32,140 bases of DNA from positions 1 to 32,140 of the forward strand of contig JBLHFL010000001.1 in assembly GCA_047618105.1 (NCBI GenBank), read 5' to 3'. The translations under genes were made by a program, and so were the position numbers. This document shows positions 17,372 through 26,113 of this stretch, piece after piece. The notes under the pieces were generated by a model that was given only the letters and a program-made list of their open reading frames with translations, was not told the origin of the DNA and ran no database searches. The stretch comes from Granulosicoccus sp. (lineage in GTDB: Bacteria > Pseudomonadota > Gammaproteobacteria > Pseudomonadales > Natronospirillaceae). Positions within the stretch are counted from its first letter, which is position 1. Every line of letters begins with the position of its first letter.

Positions 17372-18667
17372 ATGACGCAAGACATCAGTATTCGGGTACC
17401 CATACTCGCGCGCGTTGAGGGCGAGGGCGCATTGGAACTGGACATAGAGCGCGGCCAAATTCATGACCTTAAATTGCGCATCTACGAGCCACCGCGGTTT
17501 TTTGAACAACTGCTGGTCGGCCGATCCTATCAGGAAGTCTTGGATGTGGTTGCGCGGATCTGCGGCATCTGCCCGGTGGCCTACCAAATGAGTGCGGCCC
17601 AGGCTTTGGAGCAGATCTTCGCGCTGCAGATATCACCCTGGACGCAGGCCATGCGCCGGCTGTTCTATTGCGGTGAGTGGCTCGAAAGCCATGGCCTGCA
17701 TATTCACCTCTTGGCGGCACCGGACTTCCTCGGTTTTGACAGTGCGCCGGCCATGGCGCAACGCTACCCGGACGAACTGCGCCGGGGTCTGCGGCTGCAT
17801 GAACTGGGCAATGATCTGGTCAGCCTGTTCGGCGGCAGAGCCGTGCATCCGGTCGGGGCCTGCGTCGGCGGCTTTTATCGCGCCCCGGCACAGGCCGATG
17901 CCGATGCGTTACTGACCCGGCTGCGCGCGATCGAGCCCGAGGCCGCCGCCTTAGTCGGTTGGACCGCTACCCTGCCGCTAACGGACCTGAGCAGTGATTT
18001 CGTCAGTGTTGCCCTATCGCACCCCGATGAATACGCCATTAACCAGGGTCGACTGCGCTCCAGTGCCGGCTTGGATCTGGCGGTTGCCGACTACAACCGA
18101 TACTTCCATGAGAGTCAGGTGGCTCATTCCAGTGCATTGCATTCCCATCTGCAGGGCAAAACCTATCTAACCGGACCCTTGGCTCGGATCAATCTAAACT
18201 GGGCCCAACTGCCGGAGGTGGTGCGCGACAATGCCCTGGTCTCGGGCCTAAATTTTCCATCGCGCAATATGTTTCACTCCATAGTGGCCCGGGCGATTGA
18301 AATTCATTTTAGCGTCGTCGAAGCAATCCGGCTGCTCTCCGACTATCGACCTACCCAGACACCCAACCTAAGGGTGGTGCCGCGCGCCGGTGAAGGCTTT
18401 GGCTGCACCGAGGCACCGCGCGGTATTCTCTGGCACCACTATCGCACCGATGCCCAAGGCATCATCGAGTTCGCGCGCATCGTGCCACCGACCAGTCAAA
18501 ACCAAGCCCGCATCGAAGAGGATCTGCGCAGCAGTCTCATCCAGTTTGGCCTGGACCAACCGGCCGACGCCTTGCGCCTGTTAAGCGAGCAGGTGATTCG
18601 CAATTACGACCCCTGCATCTCCTGTGCGACCCACTTTTTAGACCTGCGCCTGAACCGACGAGGATAA
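17372..18667 (+). CDS. Group 3b [NiFe]-hydrogenase alpha (large) subunit
   Basis: ARVEGEG, L1 RICGICPVAY, EAPRG, PPTSQN, L2 YDPCISCATH with a 10-aa cleavable tail. Confidence 0.96.
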   Translation: MTQDISIRVPILARVEGEGALELDIERGQIHDLKLRIYEPPRFFEQLLVGRSYQEVLDVVARICGICPVAYQMSAAQALEQIFALQISPWTQAMRRLFYCGEWLESHGLHIHLLAAPDFLGFDSAPAMAQRYPDELRRGLRLHELGNDLVSLFGGRAVHPVGACVGGFYRAPAQADADALLTRLRAIEPEAAALVGWTATLPLTDLSSDFVSVALSHPDEYAINQGRLRSSAGLDLAVADYNRYFHESQVAHSSALHSHLQGKTYLTGPLARINLNWAQLPEVVRDNALVSGLNFPSRNMFHSIVARAIEIHFSVVEAIRLLSDYRPTQTPNLRVVPRAGEGFGCTEAPRGILWHHYRTDAQGIIEFARIVPPTSQNQARIEEDLRSSLIQFGLDQPADALRLLSEQVIRNYDPCISCATHFLDLRLNRRG

Positions 18668-18673
18668 ATTAAG

Positions 18674-19186
18674 ATGACAACTTATGAACACAGCCTTGGC
18701 TCGACACGAGTCAACATTTTCGCCTTCGGCTCCCCCTTTGGCGATGACTCGATCGGTTGGCGTCTGGCGGAGCGCTTGAACGAGGTACGACTGCCGAGCG
18801 ACATTGGCCTCTGCGTCCAACAGCTCGATCGTCCGATCCTCACCTTAACGCAGCGGCTGGAGCCCGAGGTACCCACCCTGATCGTCGATGCCATGGTGTC
18901 GGGCCAGCAGCCGCTCGGCAGCCTACAGGAATTCACCCTAACCCAATTGCCCGACGCCTTGGCGCAGTTGTCCAGTCATGGTTATGGGCTGTTGGCCAGT
19001 TTGCAGTTGGCCAATGCACTGGGACGCCTGCCGGCCATATGCCTGATCCTGGCGATCGAAATCAACCCGCAAAGCAAACCCGCCGGGCCGCTCTGCCAAA
19101 CCTTGGCCCAACGACTGGCGCCCCTGTCCGAGCAGGTCTTGGCGCGCGCGAGGCAATTGGCGCACGAGCCGAGTAACGCGATCTGA
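18674..19186 (+). CDS. Hydrogenase maturation endopeptidase
   Basis: FGSPFGDDSIG, IVDA, SSHGYGL motifs; directly follows the large subunit. Confidence 0.88.
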   Translation: MTTYEHSLGSTRVNIFAFGSPFGDDSIGWRLAERLNEVRLPSDIGLCVQQLDRPILTLTQRLEPEVPTLIVDAMVSGQQPLGSLQEFTLTQLPDALAQLSSHGYGLLASLQLANALGRLPAICLILAIEINPQSKPAGPLCQTLAQRLAPLSEQVLARARQLAHEPSNAI

Positions 19187-19307
19187 GCCGATATTTTTCG
19201 TTGCCAAGACGGCTAGTAAAAAAACGGCCAGCCAACGCGCGTCGAACAAGTCTACCTCCATGCTGAAATCGTATACACTGGAAATCAACTCTCTGTTCAG
19301 GTGCACG

Positions 19308-19823
19308 ATGCGCAATCTCACATTGAAATGGGTAATGATCGTCCTCATCGCGGTTAAGAGTCATCTAGTTTACGCGGCCGATACTTGTGAGACCCCACCA
19401 CTTTTGGTCGGTTCTTCCAGTTTAAAGGTTTGGCTCTGGGATGTTTACGATGTTGAATTGAAGACCACCGATGGTACCTACCAACGAGGCATCTACCCGC
19501 TCCAGCTCGAGGTGACTTACAAGCGAACGTTCAGTAAAAAAGACCTGCTCTCAGAAACCCAAAAGCAATGGCAGCGCTTTGATATCGATCCGGAACAGGA
19601 ACAGCGTTGGTTACAGGAACTCAATGCCTTCTGGCCGGATATCAGCAAACAGGACCGGCTTCGCTTTCAGATTTGCGCCGATCAAACCAGCCGCTTTTTC
19701 TATAATGACCGCGCCATCGGGCGAATAGATGACCCGATGTTTGGTGACTATTTTTCATTAATTTGGTTAGACCTAGACGGTCCCTTCCCTGACATGACCC
19801 GGGAACTTATTGCGCAAAATTAG
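19308..19823 (+). CDS. Exported chalcone-isomerase-like fold protein
   Basis: N-terminal signal-like segment; VG..LKVWLWDVY, L..TYKR, WPDI..DRL, F..IWL pattern. Confidence 0.7.
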   Translation: MRNLTLKWVMIVLIAVKSHLVYAADTCETPPLLVGSSSLKVWLWDVYDVELKTTDGTYQRGIYPLQLEVTYKRTFSKKDLLSETQKQWQRFDIDPEQEQRWLQELNAFWPDISKQDRLRFQICADQTSRFFYNDRAIGRIDDPMFGDYFSLIWLDLDGPFPDMTRELIAQN

Positions 19824-19914
19824 CGGACCGTTTAGCCGTTATTAACCGACTTGCGCTGATCCCACTGCCCTCGTGCTCCGCGCTATGAGTGCGTGACGGG
19901 CATGGTCCAGCGGT

Positions 19915-20466
19915 CTATAGATGGGCTGGCGTGTTGGCCGACACCAAGACACAGGGTTCGGCAAAGGGATTGCGAAAACGGTGCGGACGACGAGAGTCAA
20001 AATAGTAGCCTTCGCCGGCGGTCAACTCAAACACCTGCTCGTCGACCGTTATTTCGATTTTGCCAGAAATTACATACCCGGCCTCTTCGCCATCATGGCT
20101 ATAGCCTTCAACGCCGGTGTCGGCCAGGCTGGGATAGGTTTCCAGCATAAAGCCTAATTGCGGATTGGGAAAATTCTTACCGATCAGATCCCAACATACA
20201 CCATTGGTTTGGGTTCTCTGGAACTGAGCCGGCGTATACACCACGGGCAGATCCATATTGCCCTGATCGCCGGTATCGAAAAACTCCAGTAAGGTCATCG
20301 GCAAGCCCGACAGCACCTTGCGCAGAGAGCTAATGCTCGGGCTGACGCTATTCTTTTCTATCATCGAGATGGTCGAGTTGGTGACACCGGCGCGTTTGGC
20401 CAGTTCTCGCTGAGAAAAGCCAGACAATTTTCGGACGGCCTTAAGCCTAGTCCCTACATCTTCCAA
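19915..20466 (-). CDS. puuR: XRE-cupin repressor of putrescine/polyamine utilisation (PuuR/PauR)
   Basis: SQRELAKRAGVTNSTISMIE..VSPSISSL HTH plus cupin (HDGEE, YFDS..PHRFRNP); divergent from puuB; TTG start. Confidence 0.85.
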   Translation of the reverse strand: MEDVGTRLKAVRKLSGFSQRELAKRAGVTNSTISMIEKNSVSPSISSLRKVLSGLPMTLLEFFDTGDQGNMDLPVVYTPAQFQRTQTNGVCWDLIGKNFPNPQLGFMLETYPSLADTGVEGYSHDGEEAGYVISGKIEITVDEQVFELTAGEGYYFDSRRPHRFRNPFAEPCVLVSANTPAHL

Positions 20467-20519
20467 TGCGCGGTTCCTCGATATTAGGTTGGATACCGCA
20501 GTATACAGCTAAAGGAAGG

Positions 20520-20539
20520 GAATCAAAAATATTGCACAG
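20520..20539. promoter_or_regulatory. Putative PuuR operator between puuR and puuB
   Basis: GAATCAAAAATATTGCACAG shares the ATATTGnACA half-site with the box at 25884-25903. Confidence 0.5.
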
Positions 20540-20660
20540 CTGTTGCCGATTTAACACAGGCAGGTTCCAATGCTGGACGACATTCTGTTCAACGGCTACT
20601 CTCCTGGGGCAATATTTGTCCCCTCTACCCAAGACCCCCGATCCTTAATACAGGTGATTC

Positions 20661-21956
20661 ATGCTTAATCCGCGCACCCACAGTTCCGAACATCCGGATT
20701 CCTACTACACCGCGAGTCGCAGTTATCACCAGAGCTATCCGACGCTGCAAGCGTCGATCGAGGCCGATGTCTGTGTGATTGGCGGCGGCTTCAGTGGCGT
20801 CAACACCGCCCTGGAACTGGTCGAACGCGGCTTCAAGGTAGTTCTACTGGAGGCCTATCGGATCGGTTGGGGCGCCTCCGGACGCAACGGAGGCCAGTTA
20901 ATTCGCGGCTTAGGGCACAGTGCCGAGCAGTTTCACAACGACTTGGGCCAAGCCGGTGTGCAGGCCATTGAGCAGATGGGCCTGGAAGCGGTAGACCTGG
21001 TCAAGCAACGCATCGAGCAATACAACATTCAATGTGACCTCAAGATGGGCTTTTGTGATCTGGCCCACAAACCCCGCCATATGGCCGATTTCGAGCGCCA
21101 ACAAGAATGGCTCGACAGTGTGGGCTATAAGTATAAGACCCAGATCCTCGGGCCCGACCAGATGCATGAGGTGGTCGGCTCAGACAATTACATCGGCGGC
21201 CTAATCGACATGGGCAGCGGTCATGTCCACCCGCTCAACCTCGTCTTGGGGGAAGCCGAGGCGGCAGCAACGTTGGGGGTACAGATTTTTGAACAATCGA
21301 AGGTGCTCGACATTGCCTACGGTGAACACCAAACCATCCGTACCAGCACCGGCCAGGTTAGCGCAGATCGACTGGTAATCTGCGGCAATGCCTATGTCGC
21401 CGGTTTAGACAGCCACTTGGAAAGCCAGGTATTACCAGCCGGCAGCTATCTGATTGCCACCGAGCCGCTAACCGATGCGCAATGGCAACGCGTATTGCCT
21501 CAAGATATGGCGGTCTGTGACCAACGGGTCGCGCTCGATTATTACCGTCTCAGTGCCGACCGCCGGCTGTTGTTCGGCGGCCTGTGCAACTATTCTGGGC
21601 GCGACCCCGCTTCGATCCTGGCGACGCTAAAACCCCATATGGATAAAGTGTTCCCCTATCTGAACGAGGTCAAAATCGACTACCAATGGGGCGGCATGAT
21701 CGGCATCGGCGCCAATCGCATGCCACAAATCGGTCGCTTGCGGCCTAATGTCTATTATGCCCAGGCCTATGCCGGGCATGGCATCAACGCCACCCACCTG
21801 GCCGCTCATGTTATCGCCGAGCATATTGCGCAAGAAAGTGAACGCATCGCAATATTTGAAAAAATACATCACCTGCGCTTTCCGGGTGGCCGTCAATTCC
21901 GTGCACCACTGTTAGCCGCGGGCATGCTCTATCATCGGGCCAAGGATCTCTTCTAG
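20661..21956 (+). CDS. puuB: Gamma-glutamylputrescine oxidase family FAD oxidoreductase (PuuB/PauB)
   Basis: DVCVIGGGFSG, GASGRNGGQ, HVHPLNL, LDYYRLSADRRLLFGG, YAGHG, FPGG. Confidence 0.85.
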   Translation: MLNPRTHSSEHPDSYYTASRSYHQSYPTLQASIEADVCVIGGGFSGVNTALELVERGFKVVLLEAYRIGWGASGRNGGQLIRGLGHSAEQFHNDLGQAGVQAIEQMGLEAVDLVKQRIEQYNIQCDLKMGFCDLAHKPRHMADFERQQEWLDSVGYKYKTQILGPDQMHEVVGSDNYIGGLIDMGSGHVHPLNLVLGEAEAAATLGVQIFEQSKVLDIAYGEHQTIRTSTGQVSADRLVICGNAYVAGLDSHLESQVLPAGSYLIATEPLTDAQWQRVLPQDMAVCDQRVALDYYRLSADRRLLFGGLCNYSGRDPASILATLKPHMDKVFPYLNEVKIDYQWGGMIGIGANRMPQIGRLRPNVYYAQAYAGHGINATHLAAHVIAEHIAQESERIAIFEKIHHLRFPGGRQFRAPLLAAGMLYHRAKDLF

Positions 21957-22115
21957 CCCGCCTCGGATGTGCCTCAAGCGCCCTTCTACTGACGCTGAAG
22001 CAGGCCGATGTATTGGTCAAAGTGCCGATTGACACCATCGGCGGAGCATCGCAAAATTCAGTGGGGTCGATGCGACGAGCCCACCTTTTCCGCCCGAACT
22101 AGGAATCTGATACCG

Positions 22116-22514
22116 ATGAAGAGTGAAAAATACCAGCAAGGCATGGTTATGCGCCGTAACGTCTTAGGTGATGAATATGTCGATCGGGCGATTGACGCTG
22201 CGACCGATTTTAACCGGCCATTGCAGGATATGGTGACCGAGAACTGCTGGGGTGAGGTGTGGACGAGACCGGCCTTACCGCCTCAGACGCGCAGCCTGAT
22301 CACCATTGCGACTCTGGCGGCGCTGAAGGCCTCGACCGAACTCAAGGTCCACGTCCGGGGCGCATTACGCAATGGCTGTTCGGAAGCTGAGATTCAGGAG
22401 GTTTTGCTCCAATCAACCGTTTATTGCGGTGTTCCGTCTGGCATCGAGGCCTTTCGAGCCGCTAAGGAGGCAATCGAGGCATGGCAGGCCGAGCAACCCG
22501 ATCAGGCCCGCTAA
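22116..22514 (+). CDS. Carboxymuconolactone decarboxylase family protein
   Basis: RRNVLGDEYVD, WGEVWTR, RSLITIA, ELKVHVRGALRNG, VYCGVP; AGGA RBS. Confidence 0.88.
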   Translation: MKSEKYQQGMVMRRNVLGDEYVDRAIDAATDFNRPLQDMVTENCWGEVWTRPALPPQTRSLITIATLAALKASTELKVHVRGALRNGCSEAEIQEVLLQSTVYCGVPSGIEAFRAAKEAIEAWQAEQPDQAR

Positions 22515-22653
22515 ACGGGCCTGCAAAGTAACGTCAAATAATTGGCACTAACCACTTTAATCTCGCTACAATTTATAACCTGCACTCAGGTGACGGCCGT
22601 CAAAACAGGGTTTATTCTTGAGTGTCCCATTATAGTCGAAACAGGATACTGCC

Positions 22654-23466
22654 ATGGTAGGTCCCATACATTCCGCACCCTCGACCCGTCCGTTACAGCA
22701 AGCCACCGCCTCGGTGGATCAATCGATCAATCGGATCAGCTCGGGACAACGCCTAAACGGCGCAGCAGACGATGCCGCCGGTATCGCCGTCAGTGAAACC
22801 TTCAGTGCCCAGACTCGCGGCCAATATCAGGCCATTCGCAATGCCGGAGATGGTATGTCCCAGGCGCAAACCGCAAGCAGCGACCTCAGCAGCTTAGTAG
22901 ACGGCACACAGCGGATTCGCGAGCTGGCGGTCCAGTCGGCCAATGGTATTTACAGCGATGCCGATCGCGAACTGATCAATAAAGAAGTCGGCTCAATCAA
23001 GGAACAAATGAACTCGGTTTTGGAGCGATCCAATTTTAACGGCCAACCGCTGTTTCGCGGCGGCAGTGACTCGGTTTACCAAATTGGTCCCGATAGTGGC
23101 GACACCCTAGTTATCGCCGCCAATAACCTGCAAGATGAGGTAGCCCAACTCGGTTTCGCCGATGTCTCGGTCAATAGCGCCGATCAGGCACAAAATACCA
23201 TCGCATTGGCCGATGACCTGCTCGACCGCTTTAGCGCAACGGCCGCCGATCTGGGTGCCGTGCAGAATCGATTTACAGCGCGCATCGACACCCTGAGCCA
23301 ACAGGCTGAATCCTCCGTCGCCAGTGGATCACGCATCACCGATGCCGATTTGGCGAAAGAGAGCATCAATATGGTTCAAAATCAGATACAAGAACGGGTC
23401 GGCATTGCCCTTCAGGCTCAGGCCAATCAATCAGCCGGCAACATACTCCAACTGCTGGGCCGCTAA
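22654..23466 (+). CDS. Orphan minimal flagellin-like protein (D0/D1 only)
   Basis: RISSGQRLNGAADDAAG, RNAGDG, QRIRELAVQSANG, FNG, LGAVQNR, SRITDADLA, AQANQ..LQLLG; 270 aa. Confidence 0.9.
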   Translation: MVGPIHSAPSTRPLQQATASVDQSINRISSGQRLNGAADDAAGIAVSETFSAQTRGQYQAIRNAGDGMSQAQTASSDLSSLVDGTQRIRELAVQSANGIYSDADRELINKEVGSIKEQMNSVLERSNFNGQPLFRGGSDSVYQIGPDSGDTLVIAANNLQDEVAQLGFADVSVNSADQAQNTIALADDLLDRFSATAADLGAVQNRFTARIDTLSQQAESSVASGSRITDADLAKESINMVQNQIQERVGIALQAQANQSAGNILQLLGR

Positions 23467-23504
23467 GAGCGGTCATAACGCGCCCTAAAAGGATCGACCA
23501 CCCC

Positions 23505-24182
23505 ATGCAACAGATCGTCAAAAAATGGGGTATCGGCTTACTGCTATCCTGCGTAGCAAGCCTGAGCCTAGCCAATTCGGAATGGGAAGATCGACTCCTG
23601 ACTCAACTGGATGAAGCCGCGACCTTAGAGCACCAGCGCTTTAGTTTTCAGCAAGTCTCGCAAAGCTCGAAGGCGCGCAATTTCGCCCAATTTGAGCCTC
23701 AACAGGACCCACAGTGGCAATTATTGGAAGTCGACAATGAACCTGCCAGCGCAGAGCAAAACAAAAAATTCCTCAAACGCCGGGATCGCCAACAGGATGA
23801 GGACGACCCGGTAAAGTTCCGCGACATAGTAGCGGTCGATTCGGTTGAACTCATGAAACAGGAAGACGGCAAGGTCTGGTTGAGTTTTGTGCCACACATC
23901 GGGGAACTGGCCGATGACAATGCCGATGCCTTGACCGGCTATGCGATTATGTCCTCTCTGGATCAACGGCTGTTAGAATTGCATATCGAGAACGTCGAGA
24001 CCTTTTCGCCCGCGTTCTCGATCAAAATTTCGATGATGGTTATGTCATTTCAGTTTATGAGCGTCGACAGCCAAACAGTTCCGGCCCAATACGCCTTCAA
24101 TATGCAGGGCAAGATCGGCGGTATCAAGAAACTCGAAGTCGAGTCCTCGACCGTTTACAGCAACTACCAGCGCGCCGATTAG
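23505..24182 (+). CDS. Exported hypothetical protein
   Basis: 225-aa ORF with a Sec-type signal (KKW, hydrophobic core, SLA|N), coding-like composition, fills the gap between neighbours. Confidence 0.75.
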   Translation: MQQIVKKWGIGLLLSCVASLSLANSEWEDRLLTQLDEAATLEHQRFSFQQVSQSSKARNFAQFEPQQDPQWQLLEVDNEPASAEQNKKFLKRRDRQQDEDDPVKFRDIVAVDSVELMKQEDGKVWLSFVPHIGELADDNADALTGYAIMSSLDQRLLELHIENVETFSPAFSIKISMMVMSFQFMSVDSQTVPAQYAFNMQGKIGGIKKLEVESSTVYSNYQRAD

Positions 24183-24208
24183 TTGGCCAGACACCCCAGT
24201 CTGATCAC

Positions 24209-25570
24209 TCAAATGTAGGGTAGCAGCAGCTCATACTCCATCGGTGTGACCTGCTGTTCAAACATCCGCAACTCCGACCATTTACACGACTGATAAACGT
24301 CGACAAAGTCTTTGCCAAACCACTTGTTAACGCGCGGATCCTTTTCCATATTGCGTAAGGCATCGCGCTGATTGTCGGCCACCGAGGGCTGGTCCTGTTC
24401 ATAAGCATTGCCATCAATCGGCATCGGCGGCTCAATCTTATTCATAATGCCTTCGGTCACCCCAGCCAACAGCACCGCAGTGGCCAGGTAGGGATTGGTG
24501 TCGGCACCGCACATCCGATGTTCAATACGAGTAGACTCGATACTGCCTGACGGAATCCGCAGCGCCACGGTACGGTTGTCATAGCCCCAGGTCTTGGTGG
24601 TCGGGGCAAAGGCATCCGGGGCCAAGCGGCGAAAGCTGTTGATGGTCGGCGCCAGAAATCCCTGGGTGCTGTCGGCCATATCCAATAGGCCGCCAATCGC
24701 ATGGCGCATATAGGGATTGGTGGTTGGGTCTTCGGCGGCGAAAATATTGACCCCATCTTTCAGTAGGCTCAAGTGCAGATGCAGACCGCTGCCGGCTTCC
24801 TGAATATAGGGTTTGGCCATAAAGGTGGCTTCCATCTTATATTTGGTTGCGACGCTGGCGATCAGCCGTTTGAGCAGCACCGAATGATCGACCGCCTGTA
24901 AGATGTCGCTGCCGTAATTCAGGTTCACTTCAAATTGGCCGGGCGCATATTCGGCAATCACCGTATCGGCCGGAATGTTCTGCTGACGGGCTGTGTCGAT
25001 AACATCGCGGATAAAGAAGTCATACTCGTCCAGGTCGTCCATCGAATACACCTGGTTCGAGCGCATGCGCCGAGAACTGCCCGGTGGTTTGGGCGGTTGC
25101 AGATTGCCATCGTCATCGCGAATGGCATCGAGCAAATAAAATTCCAACTCCATGGCAATGCCGACCTCAAACCCCATCTGACTGAACCGCTCGACCGCCT
25201 GTACCAGGACTTGGCGTGGGTCGGCAAAGAAGGGGGTGTCGGTATCGTCTTCGAACATGGTGCAGAGCACTTGAGCGCGATCACCGAGCTCATGCCAAGG
25301 TACGATGCTCAGCGTGCCCGCAATGGGGAAACAAAGTCGATCCCGATCGCCTTGATCCATCCCCAAGCCGGCGTCCTCGACCGTTGACCCGCTGGCATCG
25401 AGGGACATCACCGATCCGGGCAAATAAAACCCTACGGTAAAAACTCGCTCGAGTAACTCTCTTTCAACGCGCTTGCCGCGTAAGACACCGTTCAGGTCAC
25501 ATATTAGGAGTTCGATCGTGGTTACATCGGGAAAAGCTTCAAGGAAATCGGTCGCTTCTTTAACTGTCAT
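24209..25570 (-). CDS. puuA: Glutamine synthetase-like gamma-glutamylpolyamine synthetase (PuuA/PauA)
   Basis: DLNGVLRGKR, ELEFYL, EYAPGQFE, GSGLHLH, WGYDNRT, RIEHR..GADTNPY; lacks the GS 'YEAP' flap Glu (reads AFAP); divergent from puuD. Confidence 0.8.
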   Translation of the reverse strand: MTVKEATDFLEAFPDVTTIELLICDLNGVLRGKRVERELLERVFTVGFYLPGSVMSLDASGSTVEDAGLGMDQGDRDRLCFPIAGTLSIVPWHELGDRAQVLCTMFEDDTDTPFFADPRQVLVQAVERFSQMGFEVGIAMELEFYLLDAIRDDDGNLQPPKPPGSSRRMRSNQVYSMDDLDEYDFFIRDVIDTARQQNIPADTVIAEYAPGQFEVNLNYGSDILQAVDHSVLLKRLIASVATKYKMEATFMAKPYIQEAGSGLHLHLSLLKDGVNIFAAEDPTTNPYMRHAIGGLLDMADSTQGFLAPTINSFRRLAPDAFAPTTKTWGYDNRTVALRIPSGSIESTRIEHRMCGADTNPYLATAVLLAGVTEGIMNKIEPPMPIDGNAYEQDQPSVADNQRDALRNMEKDPRVNKWFGKDFVDVYQSCKWSELRMFEQQVTPMEYELLLPYI

Positions 25571-25820
25571 CTAGGGTCATGCCTTGCATACTGGTTGGGG
25601 CGTTGTGGACTGCGCTTGGCGCACAATCCTTTTATTAAGGTTAACAACTAACCTTCTAAGCAAAAAAATCTATTCTGGCGCCACCCGCTTTGATCGCGCG
25701 AGCGGCCTATCCCATAAGCCATACATGAACATTACTTACTTGGTCTACACTGGACAGAGGGGCAGGGATTGTTGCGTCGGACTACAACAGTGCTGAGCCA
25801 TGGGTCACCTGAGTCGACAG

Positions 25821-25903
25821 GTCGCAGTTATATTTAGTGCAGGATGGAGGGCACGTCAATCAAGAGCAGAATATTGAGTGCACGTGGTTGATATATTGAA
25901 CAC
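25821..25903. promoter_or_regulatory. Cluster of putative PuuR operators (puuA side)
   Basis: GTGGTTGATATATTGAACAC (25884-25903), AAGAGCAGAATATTGAGTGC (25862-25881), GTCGCAGTTATATTTAGTGC (25821-25840); similar to the E. coli PuuR site AAAATATAATGAACA. Confidence 0.6.
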
Positions 25904-26054
25904 AATGTAGCCGGTTTCTCGGGCCAATTCAATTTTATTCGCTGCCTTTTTTGTTCCCCAGACTGCGCCGGCCGTTAGGTTGCAAAGCCCGCAATAAAAG
26001 CATTCCAACGACCGTCAAACGGGACCCCTCGGCGCTCTAAATATATCCTGTGGA

Positions 26055-26100
26055 GTGTTTAAAATATTTTATGCTCGTGTAGACTGGAAATATTGAAAAT
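26055..26100. promoter_or_regulatory. Putative PuuR operators overlapping the puuD promoter
   Basis: GTGTTTAAAATATTTTATGC (26055-26074) and AGACTGGAAATATTGAAAAT (26081-26100) around a TAGACT -10 candidate (26080-26085). Confidence 0.55.
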
Positions 26101-26113
26101 ATGAGTGAACTTG

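Noticed and set aside
18604-18634. [NiFeSe] hydrogenase
   Set aside because: The L2 motif is DPCISC with ordinary Cys codons and no in-frame TGA
19183-19197. CTGAGCCGATATTT matches a stretch of E. coli 6S RNA as I recall it
   Set aside because: It overlaps the endopeptidase stop codon; no complementary 3' 6S segment and no zapA/ygfA context
22616-22642. sigma28 promoter for the flagellin-like gene (GTCGAAAC)
   Set aside because: Only a partial -10 match and no TAAA-like -35 at the proper spacing
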